A DNA stretch of 54,467 nt from Desulfosarcina sp. GTDB lineage: Bacteria; Desulfobacterota; Desulfobacteria; Desulfobacterales; Desulfosarcinaceae. The DNA is taken from positions 1 to 54,467 of the forward strand of contig NZ_JBFELV010000001.1 in assembly GCF_041551955.1 (NCBI RefSeq), in the 5' to 3' direction. Shown here one piece after another: positions 41,797 through 50,379 of the stretch; position 1 is the stretch's first letter, and each line of letters starts with the position of its first letter. Position numbers and translations under genes: made by a program. The notes under the pieces are model-generated. The model was not told the origin of the DNA and ran no database searches. It saw nothing but the letters and a program-made list of their open reading frames with translations.

Positions 41797-44085
41797 TTAA
41801 ACGACTTTCACCGAGTAGGTTTTGTCCGCACGGGTGTCGATCACATGCACACCGCAGGCAATACACGGATCAAAGGAGTGGATCACCCGGATCACCTCGA
41901 CGGGGCTGGCCGGGTCGGCCACCGGAGTCCCCACCAGGGCCTGCTCCAACGGCCCGGGAATCCCCTCGGCACAGCGTGGCCCCAGGTTCCAGGTGGTCGG
42001 CACCACCATCTGGTAGTTGTCGATGGTCGACCCCTGAATGCTAATCCAGTGCCCCAGCGCCCCTCTGGGGGCCTCCAGAAAGCCGGTGCCTGAGCTGGTT
42101 CCCATCGAATAGTGCTGGTAAATCTGTTTGTTGCCCAATGACAGGTTGTTCTCCAGTTTGTCCAGCCAGCCCACCATGGCGTCGCCGATGATGGCGGTTT
42201 CAAGGCCCCGGGCAGCGGTTCGACCCAGTGTGGACAGCAGATTCGCCTCGCTCAAGCCTGTATCAATCAGGAATTGATGAACGGGATTGACAAATTCCGC
42301 CTGGCCCAAGCCGTAGCCCACGAGCACACGGGCCAGGGGGCCTACCTCCATGGCCTCACCATCCTGCCGAGGGGCTTTGAGCCAGCTGTAGCGGCTGTCA
42401 AGGTCCATACCCGTATAGTTGGGCACGGTTTCCCCCACCTCCGGGTGATAATCCGTTGATCCGGCATACCAGGATCGGGCCACGTGTTCGCTGATATGGA
42501 TCGGATCAAACGCCTGTACATTGTAAATATCGCCGTTAATGATCAACCCCCGTGGCATGAATAGGTCGGCGGGGACATTGGGACCCACGGGGAACTCGCC
42601 GCAGGCCATGAAGTTGGAGAAGCTGCCGACGGTTGCCCATTCGGGGTATTTGGCTGCCACCGCCTTGAGATCGGGGAGATACACCGTGTTGACGAATTTA
42701 CGGGTCTCCTCCAGGTAGGCGCGAAAGCTGTTCAACCGATCGGCGGACAATTCACCGCCGCAGGTGACGCCCCCGACCACAGTAGACTGGGGGTGGGGGT
42801 TCTTTCCTCCCAAGATGGCCATCATTTTTGCGGCGGTGGCCTGTTTCCGCAAGGCCTCCAGGTAGTGGGCCGTGACCAGCAGGTTTTCTTCCGGACTCAT
42901 GACGTAGGCGCTGTGACCCCAGTAGCCATTGGCAAATGGACCCAGGTTGCCGGTAGCGACCAGCGCCTGCAGTCTTGATTGGGCGCCGGCAAAATCGATG
43001 GGGTCGGCATTCGGACTGATGGCACGGGCCAGGTTTTCTGTGGCCGCGGCATCGGCGCTCAACGCGCTGGTAATGTCGACCCAATCCAGTCCGTGCAGGT
43101 GATAAAAATGGACAATGTGGTCGTGCAGGAACTGGGCGCCGAGCATCAGGTTGCGGACGATGCGCGCATTGTCGGTAATCTGAACCCCCACCGCATCCTC
43201 AATGGCGCGCACCGAGGCCAGATCGTGGACGTAGGTGCACACACCACACAGGCGTTGGGTGATCAGGGGGGCGTCAAGGGCATCGCGGCCGGTCAAAATG
43301 GTTTCGACGCCCCGGAACAGGGTAGCGGTGGACCAAGCCTTGCTGACCCGGCCGTTATCGACTTCCACCTCGATGCGCAGGTGCCCTTCGATCCGGCTGA
43401 CGGGGTCGATGACCACGCGCCCGGGAGGAGTGCTGCCGTTGTCGTTGTCCTGTTCGCTGGCATTGACGTAAACCGTCTGGGTTCCGGCAGCAGACAGGGC
43501 GAAGGTGGCCTGGCTGCCGGTGTCGTCCCCATCTTCGGCGGCCGCTACGGTGATCGGCTGAAAATCATCCCAATTGGTTGCGTCGAACAGGTAGGTCAGG
43601 CCGGAAACCACCGACAGGTCGGGATCGCCGCTGTCATGGCCGACGGTCACGGAAACGGATTGGCCGGGATTGGCGCTGAGTTTGACCCGAAAGACGGCGG
43701 TGCCACCTTCCACAACCGATATCGAGTTGCGATCGGTGACAATCTGATAAGTGGGGACGGAGCTGTCGTTGTCGACTTCGGTTGCGGATACCGTCGCAGC
43801 CGTGACCCCTGCTCCGGAAAGTCTGAACGAGGTCTGGCCGTTTGCGTGGTCGCTGTCCTCGGAGGCAGCCAGGGTGACGGTCTGCCACTGGTTGTAATTT
43901 CTTCTTGAAAAGGTCATCTCTCGGCCGGATGAAACCTCGATGTTTTCATCTCCGGAAACCTGCTCTACGTTGACCTCAAGGCTTCTTTTTCTCGGCCTTG
44001 AGGATAGTCTTACGTTAAAGGTCGCCTGCCCGCCCTCGGGAACCTGAATGGAATTGACGCTGGTGATAATTTTAGGATCTGCCAT
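41797..44085 (-). CDS. [NiFe] hydrogenase large subunit (group 1, Desulfovibrio Hyn-like) fused to two N-terminal Calx-beta/Ig-like repeats
   Basis: IDPVSRIEGH, L1 QRLCGVCTYVH, EAPRGALGHW, L2 FDPCIACGVH plus a 15-aa cleavable tail; ~220-aa N-terminal extension; SD GAGGAG before ATG 44085. Confidence 0.93.
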   Translation of the reverse strand: MADPKIITSVNSIQVPEGGQATFNVRLSSRPRKRSLEVNVEQVSGDENIEVSSGREMTFSRRNYNQWQTVTLAASEDSDHANGQTSFRLSGAGVTAATVSATEVDNDSSVPTYQIVTDRNSISVVEGGTAVFRVKLSANPGQSVSVTVGHDSGDPDLSVVSGLTYLFDATNWDDFQPITVAAAEDGDDTGSQATFALSAAGTQTVYVNASEQDNDNGSTPPGRVVIDPVSRIEGHLRIEVEVDNGRVSKAWSTATLFRGVETILTGRDALDAPLITQRLCGVCTYVHDLASVRAIEDAVGVQITDNARIVRNLMLGAQFLHDHIVHFYHLHGLDWVDITSALSADAAATENLARAISPNADPIDFAGAQSRLQALVATGNLGPFANGYWGHSAYVMSPEENLLVTAHYLEALRKQATAAKMMAILGGKNPHPQSTVVGGVTCGGELSADRLNSFRAYLEETRKFVNTVYLPDLKAVAAKYPEWATVGSFSNFMACGEFPVGPNVPADLFMPRGLIINGDIYNVQAFDPIHISEHVARSWYAGSTDYHPEVGETVPNYTGMDLDSRYSWLKAPRQDGEAMEVGPLARVLVGYGLGQAEFVNPVHQFLIDTGLSEANLLSTLGRTAARGLETAIIGDAMVGWLDKLENNLSLGNKQIYQHYSMGTSSGTGFLEAPRGALGHWISIQGSTIDNYQMVVPTTWNLGPRCAEGIPGPLEQALVGTPVADPASPVEVIRVIHSFDPCIACGVHVIDTRADKTYSVKVV

Positions 44086-44152
44086 GCTGGAACTCCTCAT
44101 TGATTGGTTCTGATATGTTGTTCATCGAAATGGCCATTGGATGGGCTGCCGG

Positions 44153-45241
44153 TTAATCATCGATCGGGGCATATGTCCCCCCGGGAGCCTCTGAGTGGCA
44201 GTTGGCGCAGCTGCGGTTGCTGTCCAGGTTGATATCGTGTTCCCGATGCATGGCCTGTTGGAACTTCCGCGGATTGTCGCTTTGGGATTCCTCGTCCTCG
44301 AAAATATTGCCGCCGTGGCAGCGATTGCAGGAGGCCGTGGTCTGCTCCTCGTGGGCCACGGCATCTTTGCGGTAGGTGTGGAACATGGACGCCCACATGG
44401 GGTTGTAAAAGGGGGCATGGGCGTCCCAGAAATTGGGTTCCGCACAGCCGATGCACTGGTGTTCGGCCTGCACACACCACGACTCCTGGTTGTACAGGGT
44501 CTTGTGGCAGTTGTTATACGATCGCGGCCCCTTGCAGTTATACCCTTCCATGCAGCCATGGGGAACGGTGCAGCTGGAGTGGATGGTCTGGCCGTGGCAG
44601 AAGGTGGGCCGCCCGTCCGATCGAAGGGCCGGCATCTGGTTGTTGAGCAGGTAGCTGGTAACCAGGGCCACCAGGTTGATCGGATGCGGGGGGCAGCCGG
44701 TGATATTGATGGTGTCCACACCGATGGCGTCTTTGACCCCTTTGGCACCGGTGGGATTGGGTGCCGCTGCGGCCAGGCCGCCGTAAGCGGCGCAGGTCCC
44801 GAAGGCGATGGTGTGTTTGGCGTGCGGAATCACGGATTGGGCGATGTCCAGCATGGTCCGCCCGCCGACCATGCCGTAAACCCCGTTGTCTGCCGTGGGA
44901 ATGGAGCCCTCGGCGATGCAGATGAACTCACCGGCGTGGTTGAGTACGGTCTGGTCGCGGTTGTATTCGGCCTTTTCACCACAGGCCACCTGGATGGTCT
45001 CATGGTAGGTGACGTTGAGGACATCCAGCAGGATGGCCGTCACATCTGGGTCGGCAGCGCGTAAAAACGCCTCGCTGCACCCGGTGCATTCGCTGAAGTG
45101 CAGCCACAATACGGGGGGGCGGTTGTCGCTGGTCAGGGCCTGGGCAATCTGCGGGATCATGGTCTGGGAAAGGCCCAGCGCCGCTGCCACACTGCCGCAG
45201 TACTTTAAAAATGTTCGTCTCGAAATGTTGTGAGGGGTCAT
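44153..45241 (-). CDS. [NiFe] hydrogenase small subunit with Tat signal and C-terminal two-CXXCH domain
   Basis: SRRTFLK Tat motif, ECTGC, GTCAAYGG, GCPPHP, CKGP, CIGC.EP.FWD; then CNRCH and CANCH; SD AAGGAG. Confidence 0.93.
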   Translation of the reverse strand: MTPHNISRRTFLKYCGSVAAALGLSQTMIPQIAQALTSDNRPPVLWLHFSECTGCSEAFLRAADPDVTAILLDVLNVTYHETIQVACGEKAEYNRDQTVLNHAGEFICIAEGSIPTADNGVYGMVGGRTMLDIAQSVIPHAKHTIAFGTCAAYGGLAAAAPNPTGAKGVKDAIGVDTINITGCPPHPINLVALVTSYLLNNQMPALRSDGRPTFCHGQTIHSSCTVPHGCMEGYNCKGPRSYNNCHKTLYNQESWCVQAEHQCIGCAEPNFWDAHAPFYNPMWASMFHTYRKDAVAHEEQTTASCNRCHGGNIFEDEESQSDNPRKFQQAMHREHDINLDSNRSCANCHSEAPGGTYAPIDD

Positions 45242-45476
45242 TGCGTCTCCTTTGGGTAATCAGTCCGTGAACCGTCAAACCTATCCGTCAGTTTCAATTT
45301 CTTCACTCTGGTGTACGCTTTGTTCACTTTTTGCATCGACAAACACATTCGTTCTCATCGCCTCCCTGTCGCCAGATATAAATTAAGAATATAGAAAAAA
45401 CGCTGTATAAACCTTATTTTGTGCATGTCTCGTGGTTCACGCTTCGACATTGACAACCTTTGCCAGCCGTTCTCAC

Positions 45477-45493
45477 TGCAAGTCACCTGCCAA
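45477..45493 (-). promoter_or_regulatory. sigma54 (-24/-12) promoter for the hydrogenase genes
   Basis: Minus strand TTGGCAGGTGACTTGCA has GG-N10-GC spacing, about 235 nt upstream of the small-subunit ATG. Confidence 0.6.
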
Positions 45494-45669
45494 GAAAAAT
45501 ATTGGCAAGCAATCATCATCCTCATCTCAGCTGTGCAAGGCTGCATGGCGCATAATGTTGGTTCCCCGATAGCGACTGACCCCAGTTGCATGAGGATTGA
45601 CCCAAAAGCCGGTCAATCCGGTGAGCAGGTCATCGATCCGATCGGGTGTCATAAGCTTTATTTTTTTTG

Positions 45670-45714
45670 TTGACCATGACTCGTAATCAGATTAGTGATC
45701 AAATACCGAACGGT
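45670..45714 (+). promoter_or_regulatory. Putative sigma70 promoter with a downstream palindromic operator
   Basis: TTGACC-N17-TAGTGA followed by the palindrome ACCG-aa-CGGT at 45705-45714. Confidence 0.35.
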
Positions 45715-45774
45715 GCTCGATAAGCTGTCTTGATTCCTATCATCTTTGCATCACACCAACGACCAGGAGGAAAC

Positions 45775-46611
45775 ATGGATAAATTGCTCGCCGGGAAAAC
45801 CGCGGTGGTGACCGGTTCCGGTAAACGGTCCGGTATCGGTTATGCCGTGGCACGCAAACTGGCCGCCGAAGGGGCCAACGTGGTCATCGCCGACCTGGGG
45901 TTGAATGCGGACCCGGAATTGGCGGTCAGGACCGGCGATGAAAGTGAAATGGCCGATATCGCCCGAGAGATCGCCCAGGACCATGCGGTCGAAACCATGG
46001 CCGTCAATCTTGACGTCACCCGCCCCGACAGCATCGCCCGCATGGTGAAAACCATCGCCGGGCGGTTCGACGCCGTTCACATTCTGGTGAACAATGCCGG
46101 CGCCACCTTCGGCGTACCCAATGCCGTGCATACCTATGACGAAAGTGCCTGGATGAAGACCATCGACGTGAACCTGCATGGCGTCTTCCGCGTCAGCCGC
46201 GCGCTGCTGCCGATGATGATCCTGGGTGGGGGCGTGATCGTCAACACCGCTTCGCGGGCGGGCAAGGTGCCGGCCCTGTTCAACGGCGCCTACGCCGTGG
46301 CCAAGGCCGGCGTGATCATGCTCACCAAGGTCATGGCCGCCGAATTGGCCGGCAACGGTGTGCGGGTCAACGCCGTCTGCCCGGGACAGATTGCCACGGA
46401 CCTCGAAAAATGGCGCTTCGGTTTGGAAGCTCAGTTCTTCAGTTCGACTATAGAAGAAAGGGAGAAGGAAATGTGCAAGACCATCCCTTTGGGCCGGATC
46501 GGCCGTCCGGATGAAGTCGCCGACCTGGTGGTATTTCTGGCATCGGACCGCGCCGCCTACATGACCGGCCAGGCCATCAACATCACCGGCGGACAACTTA
46601 TGGAGCTTTAG
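45775..46611 (+). CDS. SDR family oxidoreductase
   Basis: TGSGKRSGIG, NNAG, YAVAK, NAVCPG; SD AGGAGG. Confidence 0.92.
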   Translation: MDKLLAGKTAVVTGSGKRSGIGYAVARKLAAEGANVVIADLGLNADPELAVRTGDESEMADIAREIAQDHAVETMAVNLDVTRPDSIARMVKTIAGRFDAVHILVNNAGATFGVPNAVHTYDESAWMKTIDVNLHGVFRVSRALLPMMILGGGVIVNTASRAGKVPALFNGAYAVAKAGVIMLTKVMAAELAGNGVRVNAVCPGQIATDLEKWRFGLEAQFFSSTIEEREKEMCKTIPLGRIGRPDEVADLVVFLASDRAAYMTGQAINITGGQLMEL

Positions 46612-46691
46612 CGTCCGGGGAGCCGACGGGTAATACCCCAAGGCGGCCGGCATGATAATCATTTCATCAAACGACGGATACTGGAGGGATC

Positions 46692-48419
46692 ATGGCTGAA
46701 ATAACCGGAGGGGAACTGCTACTAAGGTGCCTGCACGCCGAAGGGGTGCGTCATATCAACGCCATCACCGACGGCACCTACATGATGGTGATCGAAGCCC
46801 TGGAGCGGCTCGGTGACGAATTGAATATGCGACTGGTGGTTCCGCGTCATGAAGCGGCCGCCGCCCATGCCTGCGATGCCTACACCCGGGTGACCGGAGG
46901 GCCGGCGGTGGTCATGGCCTGTGCCGGTCCGGGGGCGGCCAACCTGGTGGCCGGCATGATGTGTGCCCAGGCCGAAGGCAGCCCGGTCGTGGCCATCACC
47001 ACGACGCGCCGCAGCGACATTTCCGATTCATACGTCCACCAGGGAGGCATGCAGGTCAGCAACCATCTGGACGTGTTCAGGCCGGCGGTCAAATGGAACG
47101 GGAAAATCGACCACTGGAAGCGGATTCCCGATATGGTGCGCCACGCCTTCCGAACGGCCATGTCGGGCAGACCCGGTCCCACCCACATCCTCATACCGGA
47201 AGATATCATCTCCCAAAAGGGCGACGACGCCGGCGTGACCATCGTTGCCCCGCAACGATACCGGGTGGTTGATCGGATGCCGGCAGACCCCGGGACCGTT
47301 CAACGAGCGGCGGAAATGCTGGTAAACGCCGATCTGATCAACATTCACTGTGGAAATGGCTCGGAACGTGCCGATGCCGGCGAGCAGGTACAACGGCTGG
47401 CCGACCACCTGGGATGCCCGGTGACCCATACCATCCGGGCCCGCGGCATCATTCCAGACGATCATCCCCTGTGCTTTCATCCCACTTGCATGTCACGCAT
47501 CGTGGCCAACAATCAGGCCGATCTGGTCCTGGCCGTGGGGACGCGGCTGGGAGAGCTCAATATGTGGGGCCAGCCGCCCATGTTCGGCGAACCGGACAAG
47601 CAGCGCCTGATCCAGATCGACACCGAGCCCACCAATATCGGGCTCAACCGGCCCACCGATATTGCCCTGATCGGGGACGCGCAGCTGGTGTTGGCGCAGC
47701 TGTTGGATGAAGTGCAGAAGCTGACGGAAAAGCGCCCCCATCATGCTAAAATCAAAGAACTCAGGGCTCTTCAGGATCAGTTTCAAAAGGATTTGGATGA
47801 CGCGGTGGCCGACACGGCGCGTACGCCCATGTTGACCGGTCAGATCTTGAAGGCCTGCAACGATTTTTTCAGCGACGATGCCATTTTCGTGATGGATGGG
47901 GGCAACACCACCCTGTGGGACCTGCATTATCATGTCGCCAAAAAATCGCGTTCGGTGATTTACTCGATGAACTACGGGCATCTGGGTACGGGATTGCCAT
48001 ACGCCATTGGCGCCAAGCTGGCCTGTCCGGATAGACCGGTGTACTGTGTGACCGGCGACAGCGCCTTCGGCTTCAACATCCAGGAACTGGAAACCGCCGT
48101 GCGCAACCGTCTGCCCGTTATCATCCTCGTGGCCGTGGATGGCGCTTACGGCATGGAAAAGAGCGCCCAACTGCGCCAGTTCGGTCGCGAAGCCGCCTGG
48201 TTCGGCCATGACCATGCGCCGGTCCGCTACGACCAGGTGGGCACCGCCATGGGGTGCCACGGTGAATACGTGGAGGCTGTCCATGAGATCCTGCCGGCCC
48301 TGGAACGCTCAGTAGCCTCGGGAAAGCCTGCCGTGATTCATGTGGTCGTCGATCCCGATGCCAATGTGGATCCACCGGGCAACTGGTTGTGGGCGGCCGC
48401 ACGATCGGGAAAGATGTAG
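46692..48419 (+). CDS. ThDP-dependent enzyme (acetolactate synthase/oxalyl-CoA decarboxylase/2-hydroxyacyl-CoA lyase superfamily)
   Basis: RHEAAA, GPGAAN, GRPGP, GDSAFGF..QELETAVR. Confidence 0.88.
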   Translation: MAEITGGELLLRCLHAEGVRHINAITDGTYMMVIEALERLGDELNMRLVVPRHEAAAAHACDAYTRVTGGPAVVMACAGPGAANLVAGMMCAQAEGSPVVAITTTRRSDISDSYVHQGGMQVSNHLDVFRPAVKWNGKIDHWKRIPDMVRHAFRTAMSGRPGPTHILIPEDIISQKGDDAGVTIVAPQRYRVVDRMPADPGTVQRAAEMLVNADLINIHCGNGSERADAGEQVQRLADHLGCPVTHTIRARGIIPDDHPLCFHPTCMSRIVANNQADLVLAVGTRLGELNMWGQPPMFGEPDKQRLIQIDTEPTNIGLNRPTDIALIGDAQLVLAQLLDEVQKLTEKRPHHAKIKELRALQDQFQKDLDDAVADTARTPMLTGQILKACNDFFSDDAIFVMDGGNTTLWDLHYHVAKKSRSVIYSMNYGHLGTGLPYAIGAKLACPDRPVYCVTGDSAFGFNIQELETAVRNRLPVIILVAVDGAYGMEKSAQLRQFGREAAWFGHDHAPVRYDQVGTAMGCHGEYVEAVHEILPALERSVASGKPAVIHVVVDPDANVDPPGNWLWAAARSGKM

Positions 48420-48463
48420 GTGCTTATCCAGAAAGGTTATAACCGTTCGCCCAATAAATGACG

Positions 48464-48505
48464 TCAGAACTCCGACATCCGTCATCTGGCTTCCGTTATT
48501 CGCTT
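48464..48505. repeat. Degenerate heptamer tandem repeats
   Basis: TCAGAAC TCCGACA TCCGTCA TCTGGCT TCCGTTA; same family as the 32453 array. Confidence 0.55.
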
Positions 48506-48530
48506 CGGACAACAACCAAGGAGACATCCC

Positions 48531-49472
48531 ATGGAACCGCTCGCCATCGATCAGGTCCGGCTCAACTTCAATCCCCAGGGGCTCATGGCGATCAACGCGG
48601 CCATCGGCCTGATGATGCTGGGCGTTTCCCTGGACCTGAAACTCGACGACTTCAAGCGCATTTTGGTCTCCCCCAAAGCGCCCTGCATCGGTTTGATGGC
48701 CCAGTTCATCCTGCTGCCGGCATTCACTTTCCTGTTGACCCTGATATTAAAACCGCATCCCTCCATGGCCTTGGGGATGATTCTGGTGGCGGCCTGCCCG
48801 GGTGGCAATCTGTCCAACATCATGACCTACCTGGCCAAGGGCAACTGCGCGGTGTCCATCAGCATGACAGCCATCTCGACCGTGGCGGCGATTGTCATGA
48901 CCCCGCTCAACCTTTCCATATGGGGCAGCCTCAATCCGGCCACGGCCGACATTCTGCGCCGGGTCAGCCTCAGTCCCGTGGATGTGTTTATCACCGTTTT
49001 CGTCATCCTCGGCATACCGCTGATCATCGGGCAGATGCTGGCCCGTTTTTTCCCCAACCTGGCCGACCGGGTGCGGCGCCCCTTCAAGATCTTTTCGCTG
49101 ATCTTTTTCATCCTGATTGTCGGCGGTGCATTGGCGGCCAACTGGAACAATTTTCTCAGCTATGTGGGCATCGTCATGTTTGCGGTGTTTGTCCACAATG
49201 CCCTGGCGCTGAACCTGGGATACTGGTCGGGGCGGTTGGCCGGGCTGGATGAACGCGACGCACGCGCCACCTGCATCGAGGTGGGCATTCAGAATTCGGC
49301 CCTGGGTTTGGTGCTGGTTTTCAATTTTTTCGACGGGCTGGGCGGCATGGCCATCCTGGTGGCCTGGTGGGGGGTGTGGCATATTATCGCCGGTCTGGCC
49401 ACGGCGTTTATCTTCACCCGTCGCCCGCTGCCTGACCCTGAGCGGGCGGATCATGAAGCGTCCCGGGTGTGA
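48531..49472 (+). CDS. Bile acid:sodium symporter (BASS/SBF) family transporter
   Basis: AQFILLP, ACPGGNLSN, GN..VS, IEVGIQNS; multiple TM segments. Confidence 0.92.
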   Translation: MEPLAIDQVRLNFNPQGLMAINAAIGLMMLGVSLDLKLDDFKRILVSPKAPCIGLMAQFILLPAFTFLLTLILKPHPSMALGMILVAACPGGNLSNIMTYLAKGNCAVSISMTAISTVAAIVMTPLNLSIWGSLNPATADILRRVSLSPVDVFITVFVILGIPLIIGQMLARFFPNLADRVRRPFKIFSLIFFILIVGGALAANWNNFLSYVGIVMFAVFVHNALALNLGYWSGRLAGLDERDARATCIEVGIQNSALGLVLVFNFFDGLGGMAILVAWWGVWHIIAGLATAFIFTRRPLPDPERADHEASRV

Positions 49473-49517
49473 TCGCATTGGCAGGCGGGGCTGCGTCAAT
49501 CAACAAAGGAGACATGC

Positions 49518-50330
49518 GTGGCCGGACGAAAATTTTCCAACAAGGTCATCGTCGTGACCGGCGCGGCCAGCGGAATCGGGCTGGCCGTGGCCAGACGATT
49601 CGCCCGGGCCGGAGCGACCTGCGCCCTGCTGGACATGGACGAAGCGCGTTTGGCCCGTTGCGAGCGGCAATTCAGCCAAGCCGGCCGCCGGGTCATGGGC
49701 CTTCCCTGTGATGTGACGCGACGTGCCGACTGCGAAACGGCCATACAGTCCGTCATCGACCGTTTCGGCGGAATCGACGTGCTGTTCAACAACGCCGGCA
49801 TCACCCAGCGCAGCGCCTTCACCGAGACCCGCATCGAGGTGTACGAACAGGTCATGGCGGTCAACTTTTTCGGCGCCCTATACTGCACCAAGGCGGCCAT
49901 CCACAGCCTGATCCAGCGGCGCGGCCTGATCATCTCTAATGAAAGTATCGCCGGCCTGGCACCGCTTTTGGGCCGCACCGGCTACGCCGCCAGCAAACAT
50001 GCCATGCATGGCCTGTTCACTTCCCTACGCAGCGAGGTCAGGGATCAGGGCGTTCACGTCATGGTGGTCTGTCCAGGCTTCATCAAGACCCGACTGCAGG
50101 ATCGGGCGTTGGGGGGGGATGGCACGGTCACCCGTCACCCCCAATCGAGGATCGGCAGGCAGGGCACCCCGGAGCATGCCGCCGAAGCCATCTTTCGCGG
50201 TGCGGAGAAAGAAAAAGACCTGCTGGTGCTCACCGGGATGGGAAAAATGGCCTATTGGATCAGTCGGCTGGCGCCGGCATTCTATGAGCGCCGCATGGCC
50301 AGCCGGCTCAAGGCGGAACTGAAGCGTTGA
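49518..50330 (+). CDS. SDR family oxidoreductase
   Basis: TGAASGIG, NNAGI, YAASK; GTG start after AAGGAG. Confidence 0.92.
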   Translation: MAGRKFSNKVIVVTGAASGIGLAVARRFARAGATCALLDMDEARLARCERQFSQAGRRVMGLPCDVTRRADCETAIQSVIDRFGGIDVLFNNAGITQRSAFTETRIEVYEQVMAVNFFGALYCTKAAIHSLIQRRGLIISNESIAGLAPLLGRTGYAASKHAMHGLFTSLRSEVRDQGVHVMVVCPGFIKTRLQDRALGGDGTVTRHPQSRIGRQGTPEHAAEAIFRGAEKEKDLLVLTGMGKMAYWISRLAPAFYERRMASRLKAELKR

Positions 50331-50379
50331 ACCGTATCGAGCGAACGATGAATTGGTTTTCATCCTCATTAGGATAATT

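Noticed and set aside
41797-41880. Possibility that the hydrogenase is a [NiFeSe] enzyme
   Set aside because: The L2 motif is DPCIAC with a Cys codon and there is no in-frame TGA in the gene.
44495-44605. Additional heme motifs (NNCH, TFCH) in the small subunit
   Set aside because: They lack the first Cys of CXXCH, and the NNC Cys is a medial Fe-S ligand.
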